A stretch of 64,000 nucleotides of DNA from an uncultured Verrucomicrobiae bacterium. Its GTDB lineage: Bacteria; Verrucomicrobiota; Verrucomicrobiia; Chthoniobacterales; JAFAMB01. A program made the position numbers and the translations under genes. The notes beneath the pieces were generated by a model. The model saw only the letters and a list, made by a program, of their open reading frames with translations, was not told the origin of the DNA and did no database searches. The stretch lies in assembly GCA_963762565.1 (NCBI GenBank), contig CAVXLD010000001.1, positions 480,001 to 544,000 on the forward strand. The letters run 5' to 3'. Within the stretch, counting starts at the first letter, position 1; every line of letters begins with the position of its first letter. Shown here piece by piece: positions 27,867 to 37,551 of this stretch.

Positions 27867-28221
27867 TGATCGGAATCACGACATCTCGCTGCACTCGAAT
27901 TACCCCATCCGGATCTTGATGTTCCGGAATGGTCGCATTGTAATATTTCATTTCTCCCTCGTTTTCCGCTTTACTGGTTTGCTGACTTTTCTGTTGAGCC
28001 CAGTACGTCCGCTTAACTTGATCGGAAATGCCTTTTGCATAGCCCTTAGCAAAATCGATCGGCACCTTCCGCTCATCGTCGCCGGTCCCCATTAATGGGT
28101 CTCCCTGGTTAGTTAACGCTTCTGAGCCTCTCCCCTGCACAGTGAGTTGACCTTTGGGCACGGTCGGACCAACAGTACAACTTGCTAGAATCAGACTGAC
28201 TAACAAACCAAGGCGCTTCAT
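27859..28221 (-). CDS. Small T4SS-operon lipoprotein (VirB7/TraV-like position)
   Basis: Lipobox ILASC; overlaps both neighbours. Confidence 0.65.
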   Translation of the reverse strand: MKRLGLLVSLILASCTVGPTVPKGQLTVQGRGSEALTNQGDPLMGTGDDERKVPIDFAKGYAKGISDQVKRTYWAQQKSQQTSKAENEGEMKYYNATIPEHQDPDGVIRVQRDVVIPIIE

Positions 28222-31067
28222 AAGATTGGTTCGGTTGCAGATTCCTCTTTGGCAGAAGCGATGGCTCCCGATTCTTCGATGATCCCGGTGACAATGTCGC
28301 GGTATTGGGAAAGGGCCGATTTCCGTTGATCGAACGTCTCGTTGTCGCTAGAGGCAGCATACAGCAGTTCCCGAGAAGCAACGTTTTTCACGGTACCGAC
28401 CAACCGGCGCATCCGGTCATTAGCAACATAGGTAAACGCGCTGAACCGCTCCCTTGGATCCATTAGCTCCGGTAAAGGATAGTTATTGATCGTCTCTATC
28501 GTTTTAGGAGAAAGGCTGAGTGCTTCCCCGATCTCTTTAACGTCTTCCCGGCTCTGTTGAGCCGTGATCAGAAACATCTTCGAGTTGCCGATCATGGCCC
28601 CCCTCACAGTTGAATCTTTGATGATGTCGTATTGCTGAACTACCGCCAAGATGTTGCAGCCGAATTTTCGCATCTGCCGGTAATATTCCTGGATCATCTT
28701 GGTGCCTCCCGGAATATCGAGCGTACGCGCGGCTTCTTCGAAAATGGCGATTTTCGGGGCCGACCTGGGCATAGAGATGATCTTCTGGCGGCCATAGTTA
28801 GCGACCAGAAAGTTGGCGGCGGCTTTCAGCTCAACCGCATGTTCCGGGATTTGGCCGAGCTCGAAATGAGCTACCCGGCCATCGATGCGGATATTGCTAA
28901 CTCCATCGAATAAACACCCTTTTTCTCCGTCTCGGCTCCAACCGCGCAGCAATTTCCCAACCCGGTCCGATTCCTCTTTCTCTCGCGAGCCGCCCCTGGG
29001 ATTGTAAAGCAATTGTTCCATCAAGGCGCTGTGGGTAGGAAACTGCGCAGATGAAAAACCGGCGAAGGCTAAATCGCGGACTAACCTTTCCGTCGCTCGG
29101 TTCTTAGCGAATTCCGCTACGGTCTCTTCGCTGAGGTCCTCGATAAACGAGTTGGCTTCATCCGGGTTCCGTTGTTGCCAATCTCGGAAGGCGGCAAAAG
29201 CGTCATCGAAACCGAGATGCGTCCCTTTCATGCGGGTGCGTAGATACTTGTCGATAGCGCAGGCTAACCAACGCAACTCTTCGGCCGTCCCTTCGTTGGC
29301 AACGCTCCAATCCGTGAACACATCGGTATAGAGCTGTTGCAGATTCTCCACGATCATGGCGTGGCGTAAGGCTCGCCTCTCTGCATCAAGGCCTTCGTTT
29401 CCACAAAATAGCAGGCAAAGTCCCGCGCTAAAGGCGAGGTGCATCGGCGATAATGGCGAGCCATGAGTGTCTAGATAGTTAATGGTTAGGCTCCCGTTCT
29501 GACTAATTACCACAGGCTCGCATCCCTGAGTCTGAGTCATGACGCCGTGGGAAAGACCTTCTTCCACAATGAGCCTGAACCCGAAGCGATGTCCTATCTG
29601 AGCAAGCAGATCACTCACAATCACCGACTTGCCTGCGCCGGTCATTCCGAACAGGACGCCGTGTTGAGGCGTATTTCCGATCCGCGTTCTGATCCCGACC
29701 AGATTTCCGCGAGCGCCGTTATAAATGGCTTCGGCATCTTTCAAATGGCCGGTAAAAGTTGCGGACCACGGAATCAGATCTGCTAAATAAGCGTCTTCTG
29801 CCGCCAGGTCGAACGCCCGGTAACGACCGTAGGTCCACCCTGGCCAGGTCTGATAAAAGAGCTGGCGAGCGTTCTCCGGAATAGTGGCATGATGAACGAT
29901 CGCGCCACCCATCGCAGTGAAAGCGTTCCGCAAAGAAGCGCACCTAGCGGATAATACATCCGCTGACCGGTGCCAGAGCCGCACGATATACAAGCAGCCC
30001 AATGGAATGATTTTGCCCTGTTGTAGTTCGGTAACCTTGTCTTGCTTGGCCTCCAGGTCTGTCGCTAACGATTGTTTACGCTCAGAGGCGGCATCGATTT
30101 GCAAACGCTGAATATGACGTTCTTCCTTGTCGATGACTTTATCGACGGCCTTAGGATAAATGTTCATCGTAATCGCGTATTCCTGAAACCCCATGCTAGT
30201 CAGAGCAGAGATAATTCCGGGGAACGTTCGACGAGGCCATTGCCGAACCGCGAAGATGGCGTGGTAAAATCCATCGAAACATAAGGACACACCCGGCAGG
30301 GTCGATACGCCAGCGCCATCGGTGTGGACACAATTCTGTTGAATCGATCCGCTAGGGTCGAACAACTCCATCGGGTCTGTGATCCCCGTTTGCAGGTTGG
30401 GGTTTAACAACCGGTAATAGAAAAGAAAGTGATCCTGATCCTGCATCGGAATGATCCGGCAATCAGAGAATAGTCGACTTAGCGCCCCCAAGGCGAAGTC
30501 TTGGAGGGAAAGCGCTTCCTTTCGGGAGAGCGCATTAAAATAGTCGGCCACGGCCGGCCCACGAGTCATGGGAACCTTGGTGTCGATAATCCTGGTGAAG
30601 AACAGATTGAGCCGTTCCCGCCGAAGACGACCCTCCTGCATTGCCGCCACATAACGTTCGTACCGCTCAGCTCGAACAAAAACCCCGAACCTGCCATGCA
30701 CCGGTTCTCGGCGGCGCAGTTCCAACGTCTCCTGGTGATATTGCTCGAGTTCCCGGCGGTAGTCGCTATCGATACTCCACTGAACTTGGAGATGGTATTC
30801 TTGCCCAAGCATTCCCAGCATGATGCGCAGCTTTTCATGCAGCGCGTTTAACTGGCGCACGCTAAACGCATTGATTTCACCCGGCTCGACACTGAATCCG
30901 CGAGAGATTGCGGTCTTACGGGAAGCACCGTCTCCGAACCAGATCAGGTTGTTGATAAAGAAGCCGTTGGGCATCCCGAGCCGAGACACGCGGCTGCTGC
31001 GTTTCCCTCTTCCACCGGAAGCGAAATCGACGATTCCAGTGCAGGCATTAATCATAGCGTCAATCAT
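28218..31067 (-). CDS. VirB4/TraC-like T4SS ATPase
   Basis: 949 aa; HGVLFGMTGAGKS, INYLD, LFDG, IFEEA, RQMRKFG, VVQQ. Confidence 0.9.
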   Translation of the reverse strand: MIDAMINACTGIVDFASGGRGKRSSRVSRLGMPNGFFINNLIWFGDGASRKTAISRGFSVEPGEINAFSVRQLNALHEKLRIMLGMLGQEYHLQVQWSIDSDYRRELEQYHQETLELRRREPVHGRFGVFVRAERYERYVAAMQEGRLRRERLNLFFTRIIDTKVPMTRGPAVADYFNALSRKEALSLQDFALGALSRLFSDCRIIPMQDQDHFLFYYRLLNPNLQTGITDPMELFDPSGSIQQNCVHTDGAGVSTLPGVSLCFDGFYHAIFAVRQWPRRTFPGIISALTSMGFQEYAITMNIYPKAVDKVIDKEERHIQRLQIDAASERKQSLATDLEAKQDKVTELQQGKIIPLGCLYIVRLWHRSADVLSARCASLRNAFTAMGGAIVHHATIPENARQLFYQTWPGWTYGRYRAFDLAAEDAYLADLIPWSATFTGHLKDAEAIYNGARGNLVGIRTRIGNTPQHGVLFGMTGAGKSVIVSDLLAQIGHRFGFRLIVEEGLSHGVMTQTQGCEPVVISQNGSLTINYLDTHGSPLSPMHLAFSAGLCLLFCGNEGLDAERRALRHAMIVENLQQLYTDVFTDWSVANEGTAEELRWLACAIDKYLRTRMKGTHLGFDDAFAAFRDWQQRNPDEANSFIEDLSEETVAEFAKNRATERLVRDLAFAGFSSAQFPTHSALMEQLLYNPRGGSREKEESDRVGKLLRGWSRDGEKGCLFDGVSNIRIDGRVAHFELGQIPEHAVELKAAANFLVANYGRQKIISMPRSAPKIAIFEEAARTLDIPGGTKMIQEYYRQMRKFGCNILAVVQQYDIIKDSTVRGAMIGNSKMFLITAQQSREDVKEIGEALSLSPKTIETINNYPLPELMDPRERFSAFTYVANDRMRRLVGTVKNVASRELLYAASSDNETFDQRKSALSQYRDIVTGIIEESGAIASAKEESATEPIL

Positions 31068-31401
31068 GGGAGTGCCGAACTGGGTGCAACGGTTGACGTT
31101 TTGCGGCGTGAAACCACCGGCCGTTTGCTAGAGTGGTTAACAAGTCGAGGTCGTAACGGGGCGGCCGCCGGTGACGAAATAAGAGAAGGTAAGCGCCAAC
31201 CAGGAGAGTCGGTAAACCCGCCACCAGGAACTTAGCAGGGATGGGCAAAGGATTATTGGCGTGAAACAGCATGGTCAAGATGAAGACTGAGACCATGGCG
31301 GCAACGATCAGAGCCATTCCCAGATTACCTTCGAACCCGAAAGCATGACCTGTCGATTTGGCTCGGGGCCGGCTATCAGTGTAAATAAGTCCTTCTTCCA
31401 T
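31060..31401 (-). CDS. VirB3-like membrane protein
   Basis: 113 aa, two TM segments, directly upstream of virB4. Confidence 0.65.
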   Translation of the reverse strand: MEEGLIYTDSRPRAKSTGHAFGFEGNLGMALIVAAMVSVFILTMLFHANNPLPIPAKFLVAGLPTLLVGAYLLLFRHRRPPRYDLDLLTTLANGRWFHAAKRQPLHPVRHSHD

Positions 31402-31455
31402 AACCAGAAGTAGAGTGGTTAGGGTTCAGAATTGGGCGATCAGTGCTTTTATCAT

Positions 31456-31815
31456 TCAGAATTGACCGATGTACTGCGCGCTGTTGTTGGTCCCGGCGAA
31501 CAAGCCGAACATCGCTTTCATTAGAGCGACAGCGCCGGCCACGCCGACTCCATAAATCACGGTCATCTTCCAATTTTCGTCTCGCCGGGCGTTGAGAAAG
31601 CCACCGATAACCATGGTGCACCCAGCGATAAAACCAAACGCAGTAATCAGGTTTAATCCTTGAACTAAACTCGTGACGAACCCGCTGATAGAAGCTCCAC
31701 CGGAGGACGTTTGCGCCTGCGCTGGGCTAAGCAACAACGTTAACGACGTGCTCGCCAGCCATAGCCGTACCCACCAGCGGGCCCACGGAACACTCTTGAG
31801 GTAGCAGTATTTCAT
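31456..31815 (-). CDS. VirB2/TrbC-like conjugative pilin
   Basis: Long signal peptide ending AQAQ, then two hydrophobic helices; first gene of the operon. Confidence 0.65.
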   Translation of the reverse strand: MKYCYLKSVPWARWWVRLWLASTSLTLLLSPAQAQTSSGGASISGFVTSLVQGLNLITAFGFIAGCTMVIGGFLNARRDENWKMTVIYGVGVAGAVALMKAMFGLFAGTNNSAQYIGQF

Positions 31816-31917
31816 AACACGAGAATAATATGTTTCTAACGTCGACTACGCAACAAAATATTATGAAGTTTGTATAGTCACACACCGCCCTCTCGCGAAG
31901 GTTGAGTATCTTCCTCG

Positions 31918-32772
31918 GTGGGGTACGCTTACCGGGTGATATTTCCGGTTGACCCTATTCAAAATGCCCTGGCCGAAGACATCGGTTCCGGCGATCTGAC
32001 CTCCGCATCCCTGGTTTCGGCGGACCATCAATCTGCCGCTCGAATATTCGCCAAGGACGACGCGGTCTTAGCTGGTACTGAGGCTGCCCGAGCCGTTTAC
32101 CATCAACTCGATCCCCAGATCGTGATCACCGTCCGCAAGCAGGACGGCGATGCGGTGCGCCCGGGTGAGACGGTTCTCGAAATCGCGGGGCGAACGCGCT
32201 CCATCCTGACCGGGGAACGCGTTGCCCTTAACTTTATCCAACGACTTTCCGGAGTGGCCACAATTGCCAGGAAGTTTGTTGATGCGGTTGCCGGAACCGG
32301 CGCAGAAATTTTGGATACACGGAAGACAACGCCCGGACTGCGGTCTTTGGAGAAAGCGGCGGTTAAGGCCGGCGGTGCTCGGAACCATCGCATGGGATTG
32401 TTTGACGCGGTGATGGTGAAGGATAACCATCTGCTTACACGTCCTGATCTCGCCGCAGCACTTCAAGAGATTCGGCGCAAATATCCAAAGCTACTGATTG
32501 AGGTTGAAGCTGACTCTATCGAACAAGTTCGCAAATTCGTTCGCCTCGGGGCTATCGACGTGATTTTATTGGACAACATGAGTCCCGAAGAAATTCGGAA
32601 GTGTATTGCTTTACGCCGGCCTGGTCTCAAATTTGAGGCCAGTGGTGGGGTTTCCCTGGCGACGGTTCGGGCGATTGCTGAAACCGGAGTGGACTATATC
32701 TCGGCCGGCCAACTGACTCATTCTGCGCCGTCTATCGATTTTTCTCTAGAGTTGTGCGCCATCGCTGAATGA
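31918..32772 (+). CDS. nadC: Nicotinate-nucleotide pyrophosphorylase
   Basis: ERVALNF, DTRKTTPG, NHRMGL, VKDNH, LLDN, EASGG. Confidence 0.95.
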   Translation: MGYAYRVIFPVDPIQNALAEDIGSGDLTSASLVSADHQSAARIFAKDDAVLAGTEAARAVYHQLDPQIVITVRKQDGDAVRPGETVLEIAGRTRSILTGERVALNFIQRLSGVATIARKFVDAVAGTGAEILDTRKTTPGLRSLEKAAVKAGGARNHRMGLFDAVMVKDNHLLTRPDLAAALQEIRRKYPKLLIEVEADSIEQVRKFVRLGAIDVILLDNMSPEEIRKCIALRRPGLKFEASGGVSLATVRAIAETGVDYISAGQLTHSAPSIDFSLELCAIAE

Positions 32773-32779
32773 GTCTCCT

Positions 32780-33463
32780 ATGCCTGATTCCGAACAACAG
32801 CCTAACCACGCGGAAGCCCCATATACTGCACCTTACTACTCGTCATTGCTGGCCGGATTGATTCACAAACTCAATAACGTGGCCACGGTCTTGACCGGAA
32901 ACGCGGGTCTTCTGCTGATGGGCGAAAAATTGCCACGCGACGTACGCGATTCTCTTGAGCAGATGACGCAAGCCATCGAGCAACTCTGCCAGACTTTGAA
33001 TGAAGCGGCGATCGCCTGCAAAGGCAGCAAGGTGAACCTTAGCACGGTCGATCTAGCCGCTCTGATCTCCGCTATAGAATCACCGATCGAGATTGAGTTG
33101 ATTCATCCCGATAAGAAACGGCTGATCGTGAAGTCGGATCCGGACAAGCTACGCGCCATTCTGCACGAATTGTGCCGGAACGCAGCCTCGGCTGGAGCAA
33201 CCAAGATCACCTGTAGATTAGAACTAGCACCAGCCGGAAGCTATCTTATCCGGTTCCGAGACAACGGCTCAGGAATAAAGAAAGAGCTGATGCCCCGGAT
33301 TTTTGATCCTTTTTTTACTATCCGCCGATACCCGGACGGGTTCGGATTAGGGCTATTTCGGGCCGCCGGGGAATTGTCCCGGATTGGAGGCCGCATTTCC
33401 ATCGACAGCGACGGAAAGAGCTTCACCGAAGCACGGATTTTATTGCCAGGCGCGATCGGCTGA
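32780..33463 (+). CDS. Sensorless histidine kinase-like protein
   Basis: H-box AGLIHKLNN, N-box RNA, DNGSGI, IFDPFFT, GFGLGL. Confidence 0.8.
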   Translation: MPDSEQQPNHAEAPYTAPYYSSLLAGLIHKLNNVATVLTGNAGLLLMGEKLPRDVRDSLEQMTQAIEQLCQTLNEAAIACKGSKVNLSTVDLAALISAIESPIEIELIHPDKKRLIVKSDPDKLRAILHELCRNAASAGATKITCRLELAPAGSYLIRFRDNGSGIKKELMPRIFDPFFTIRRYPDGFGLGLFRAAGELSRIGGRISIDSDGKSFTEARILLPGAIG

Positions 33464-33647
33464 AGTAATCAGTAATCAGTGCGTCAGTAATCAGTTTAGG
33501 AGCTAGGAGCTGGCATCTAGGAGCTAGTAAGGCGTCGCCCGATGCTCGCGCCCGGAGACCAGCGGACCGAATTAATTTTTTTGGACCATGCTCGCGATCC
33601 CAATAGTCTCTCCTAAATCCTAAATTCTATCTTCTAGCTCCTGAAAA

Positions 33648-33732
33648 CGGAGGGAGTGGGATTCGAACCCACGGACCCTTTCGGGTCTCCGGTTTTCAAG
33701 ACCGGTGCAATAAACCGCTCTACCATCCCTCC
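33648..33732 (-). tRNA. tRNA-Ser (anticodon TGA), CCA not encoded
   Basis: GGAGGGATGGTAGAGCGG...CCGGTCTTGAAAACCGG...long variable arm...GTTCGAATCCCACTCCCTCCG. Confidence 0.95.
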
Positions 33733-33836
33733 AAAGTAACGTAGGCGACGACAGGCCGCCGATTGGTAAGGCGGAACTATGTCATCGAAGAGACGCGAGT
33801 CAACGGGAAGCGTCCACGTCGCGGGGAGCAATTCTG

Positions 33837-34135
33837 GGGAGGGCGCGCGTCCCCGCGCGCCGCGAAGACGTGCCAGAGCATATGGTGTATTTTTGTCCCC
33901 CCTATTACAAGACGCGCACAACTTCGCTAACAATCCCGCGGCCGCGGGGCGGGGACGCGATCCCTCCCCTGCCATCGGCGGCACTCACCGCACCCGTATT
34001 CGAGGACAGCCTGCCCGACGTAGCCGAGGCTCCATGTTGCCAACCGCTCGAGGTCGGCCTCGCAAGCGAGGCGCGCTCCACAACCAGGACGTTGGCGAAG
34101 GCGGAAGGACGACGACGAGAACGAGAACCGCCCTC
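33837..34135. repeat. Repeat cluster: family A doublet, family F element containing a family C REP, and GACGA(G/C) repeats
   Basis: Direct sequence matches to the other copies. Confidence 0.75.
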
Positions 34136-34172
34136 CGTTTGACATCCCTGATTCGAACTAGCATTCTCGACC

Positions 34173-35117
34173 ATGCCCAGAGTAATCGGACTACTTTTTT
34201 CAGGACAAGGCGCTCAGCAGGTTGGCATGGGCAAAGATTTGAGTCAGAAGTATGCATCGGCCGCAAATCTATTCTCGGAGGCGGATCGCCGGCTGCAACG
34301 ATCCATCGGTCAGGTCGCATTTGAAGGACCGATCGAGGAGCTTACGAAGACGGCCAACTGCCAGGTTGCACTTTATGTCCACGGCATTGCTCTGTTGGAA
34401 GTTCTGAAGGAAGAACTCGGCACATTTCGCTTTCTTGCCGCCGCCGGCCTCTCACTGGGTGAATTTACGGCTCACGCTGCCGCTGGCGCTTTTGATTTTG
34501 GGACCGGCTTAGAACTGGTTGACGCGAGAAGTCGCTTCATGGAAGAAGCTTGCGTTTCAACCAACGGGACGATGGCGGCTTTCGTTGGCGGAGATGAAGC
34601 GGCCGTCCGCGAGATCGCCAAAGAAACCGATGTCGATGTGGCGAACCTGAATTCGCCGGGCCAAATCGTGCTCTCGGGGGCAACCGGCAATATCCAGGCA
34701 GCGATTAACCTGGCCAAAGAAAAAGGCGTACGGCGGGCACTGCCTTTGAATGTGGGCGGCGCCTTCCATTCCAGATTGATGTCTTCAGCGCGCGCCCAGC
34801 TCATACCGATCCTCGACACGGCGACGATACGGGTGCCGGAACAGATGGTGGTCGCTAACGTAACAGCAGGTCCTGTAAAACAGCCGGCAGAAATCCGGCA
34901 AACATTAGCGGATCAAGTGACCGGCTCGGTGCGCTGGGTAGAAACGATCACTTATCTTCTCGACCAGGCCGGCTGCGACCTTTTTATTGAATTAGGGCCC
35001 GGACAGGTGCTCGCAGGATTAGTTACCAGAATCAGGAAAGGGACAGAAGTGATTTCAATTGAGAACCTGGCAACGCTGCGGGACGCCCTACCATTGATCC
35101 GGGCCGCGGTGGCTTAG
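34173..35117 (+). CDS. fabD: Malonyl-CoA:ACP transacylase
   Basis: FSGQGAQ, GLSLGE, ANLNSPGQ, GAFHS, SVRW. Confidence 0.95.
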   Translation: MPRVIGLLFSGQGAQQVGMGKDLSQKYASAANLFSEADRRLQRSIGQVAFEGPIEELTKTANCQVALYVHGIALLEVLKEELGTFRFLAAAGLSLGEFTAHAAAGAFDFGTGLELVDARSRFMEEACVSTNGTMAAFVGGDEAAVREIAKETDVDVANLNSPGQIVLSGATGNIQAAINLAKEKGVRRALPLNVGGAFHSRLMSSARAQLIPILDTATIRVPEQMVVANVTAGPVKQPAEIRQTLADQVTGSVRWVETITYLLDQAGCDLFIELGPGQVLAGLVTRIRKGTEVISIENLATLRDALPLIRAAVA

Positions 35118-35194
35118 GCCCTGCCTCGGACTTGCCGCGAGCAGCGGAAGGCGCTGGACTTGGCACAACTCCGCCGGATCGCAGCGCCCATGTC

Positions 35195-35373
35195 GGGGAG
35201 GGCGCGCGTCCCCGCGCGCCGCGAATCCGGGCGTGTGGAGCGTCGCCGATGGCGGGGGAGGATCGCGTCCCCGTGATCCGTTGTTCTCGAAGCCCACGAC
35301 AGACCCGATCCAGCGTTAGGCTATATCCACAATTATCGACCCGTTCCCGGCGCGCGGGGACGCGCGCCCTCCC
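35195..35373. repeat. Family A single arm plus full 118-bp element (35256-35373)
   Basis: Matches 1060-1177. Confidence 0.85.
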
Positions 35374-35455
35374 CAGAATTGCACCCGCGACTAAGCAATT
35401 TAGCCTCTGCCCTTCGTTACCTTCTGTAAAAAAAATCCCGCGGCCGGCAACACCG

Positions 35456-37327
35456 CTAGCTCATCGGCCCGATTTCTGGCTGCGGTTGGGGTCCGGTTTC
35501 CGCCTCGGCTGAGGTTGGCCCAGTTTGCGTCAGCAACCGAGGCGCGAGTCTATAGTAGAGTGCCGAAAGACCGATCAAAACCCCACCAACGACCGCACAA
35601 GATAAGATTCGATAGGGTGCTGCGACTTCAGCGGTATCAAAGACAAGAACTTTCCCCACTGTGATGAATAAGAGAAGGATCGCAGCAATCCGATAGAATC
35701 GCCGGTTCCATATAAAACCGCCTAATAGTAGAGCTGCGGCGGAAAAGACCCAGAGGACTGAGTAAGCACTCATCTGCGCCCTCTGGAAAAACTGCCAAGT
35801 AAACCGATCGAGCTCGACGTTAAAGAAACCAAAAACGGCAATTAACCCCATAATTTCGAACCAGCGAAAAATGGTTCGTTGCAATGAGTCCTTCGCCGCC
35901 TTGAAAGCGAGCCGAGCGATAGTTAACAAAAAGAGACAGACCGGTATGCCAGTGATCCATCGATTCAGGAGTCCGTCGGTAAAGCGAGCGGTCTGCTGAT
36001 ATTGATCGAATCCGCCTATTACCAGCTCCAGGTCGAATAAGAGAAACCGAAAAGTGATGACCAATCCTAACAAGATAGTTCCTGTGAGCAGGATTCGATC
36101 CCCTGCCTTCTTGGCGATCCAATAGCAGGCGACACACTGGGCAGCCCAGAAGAAGGTGATCCAGTGGGCTGAGAAGATAACCGTCCAAGCAAGTAGGAAA
36201 TAAATCATGCCCTGGACCAGGAGCCACGTTCTAGCTGGGGTAGAACCTCGGCGCCAGACTGTGATAACAACTGCTAATGCCAAGCAGCCATAAGCCAGCG
36301 TTAATAGAGAGATTGGCAATTTTGCCGAGTGCAACAATTCGGCCGATTTCCAGCTGCAAAGCCAGCCATTTAGCACGGCGACCCAAATCAATGGGATACG
36401 CTCTTCGCCGGCTCGCAGCAACGACCGCAGAAAGGGAGCGATAGAATAGAGAAGGAAGAGAAACTGAATAAAACCGAACGCATCGATCGAAGACTGCGAT
36501 TCTAAGCTTCCCCAGAAAAAGAAGAGCAAAACCCAGCTGAAGATTGCCCCCAGAAAGTAGAGCTGAGTCCAACGCTTCAAAAACGCCAACCCCTCGCTGG
36601 CGAGGTTAATAATGGTCAGGCATCCAAAGAAAAGGAGATGGCCGGATCGTCCGGAGGTATCCAGAACCGGGGCCAGATAACCGCCAAGAAAGGCCAGGAC
36701 GGCTAACGAACGCGAATCCCAGATCGCGGCGACAGAGAGTCCAACGGCGCTAACCAACAGGACGACAAACATGGTCAGCGGGTCGGGGATCAAAGAGTAG
36801 ATCTGATTTGCCGCGTAGACAGATAAATAAAGAATACCCAGCCCAACCGCAGCCAGCGCGACGTCGAGACCCCGCAACTTTCGCCGCCGGCAAATCTCAC
36901 CGGCTAGGAAGAGGAAAGCGCCAGCAACAAACCCGAGTGTTACCTGCGTAGCCGGCCCGATCCATTTTTCGTCAAAGGCGTACTTCAGAAAGAAGCCGGC
37001 TGCCAATAAGACCACAAAAACCCCAATTCCAAGAAACCACTTTTGTCCTACCGCGACCTCTGTAGAGATACGGGGTTTCGGCTTGTTTGGTGCTCCGACC
37101 GGAGGAGGCGGCGGCGGGTAGATCGCGGCTGGTTGTGGCGCCGCCGGCAACGGCGGAGGTGTGGCTGCGGATTGCGCGGCCTTAATGCCGGTCAATGATT
37201 CTACTAACGTGCGTAAACTGCCAAGGTCCCGCCGAAAAGCCGCCAGCTCAGAATAGAGGTTCAAATCGAGCGAGCATTTTGGGCAGATATTCGCGTTTGT
37301 CTCTGTCTGGCATCTCGGGCAGAGCAT
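35456..37327 (-). CDS. DUF2339-like membrane protein with N-terminal zinc ribbon
   Basis: CPRC...CPKC, Pro-rich linker, E..VGQKW...FFLKYA, many TMs, KVLVFD...YRI. Confidence 0.85.
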   Translation of the reverse strand: MLCPRCQTETNANICPKCSLDLNLYSELAAFRRDLGSLRTLVESLTGIKAAQSAATPPPLPAAPQPAAIYPPPPPPVGAPNKPKPRISTEVAVGQKWFLGIGVFVVLLAAGFFLKYAFDEKWIGPATQVTLGFVAGAFLFLAGEICRRRKLRGLDVALAAVGLGILYLSVYAANQIYSLIPDPLTMFVVLLVSAVGLSVAAIWDSRSLAVLAFLGGYLAPVLDTSGRSGHLLFFGCLTIINLASEGLAFLKRWTQLYFLGAIFSWVLLFFFWGSLESQSSIDAFGFIQFLFLLYSIAPFLRSLLRAGEERIPLIWVAVLNGWLCSWKSAELLHSAKLPISLLTLAYGCLALAVVITVWRRGSTPARTWLLVQGMIYFLLAWTVIFSAHWITFFWAAQCVACYWIAKKAGDRILLTGTILLGLVITFRFLLFDLELVIGGFDQYQQTARFTDGLLNRWITGIPVCLFLLTIARLAFKAAKDSLQRTIFRWFEIMGLIAVFGFFNVELDRFTWQFFQRAQMSAYSVLWVFSAAALLLGGFIWNRRFYRIAAILLLFITVGKVLVFDTAEVAAPYRILSCAVVGGVLIGLSALYYRLAPRLLTQTGPTSAEAETGPQPQPEIGPMS

Positions 37328-37368
37328 CGGACCAGTAAGACATGGTACCTGAGGAATAACAAGCGATT

Positions 37369-37545
37369 GGGCGAACCGGCGAAAGGGCGAAACGGCGACG
37401 AGCATCTGTGTTCTGGCGCGCCTTCAGCGCTGTCACTTAATTTATAGCATACCTAGGCCTCGCAGACTCGGCCTAGGCTAAATTCTCTCAGCGCTTCGCG
37501 TCTTATTCGCCCCTTCGCCGTTTCGCCCATTCGCCGGTTCGCACG
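37369..37545. repeat. GGCGAA(A/T)N octamer repeats flanking an approximately 80-bp palindromic core
   Basis: Core ccttcagcgct...cctaggcct...aggcta.attctct.agc.cttcgcg recurs at about 44647-44728; octamer tracts also at 43213-43345 and 46034-46145. Confidence 0.75.
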
Positions 37546-37551
37546 TCCCGC

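Noticed and set aside
31824..31865. Operator-like inverted repeat upstream of the virB2-like gene
   Set aside because: Only ATAATAT/ATATTAT match in an AT-rich tract with long asymmetric spacing, which could be chance.
33648..33732. tRNA-Ser as integration site for the T4SS region
   Set aside because: No duplicated tRNA end was found, nadC and a kinase intervene, and there is no integrase.
33634..34324. Cluster of 70-180 aa ORFs around the tRNA (likewise 35132-35512, 52549-53095, 60669-61241)
   Set aside because: They are open frames through GC-rich palindromic repeats or the tRNA, with recurring ARGRAPS/GEGARPRA peptides.
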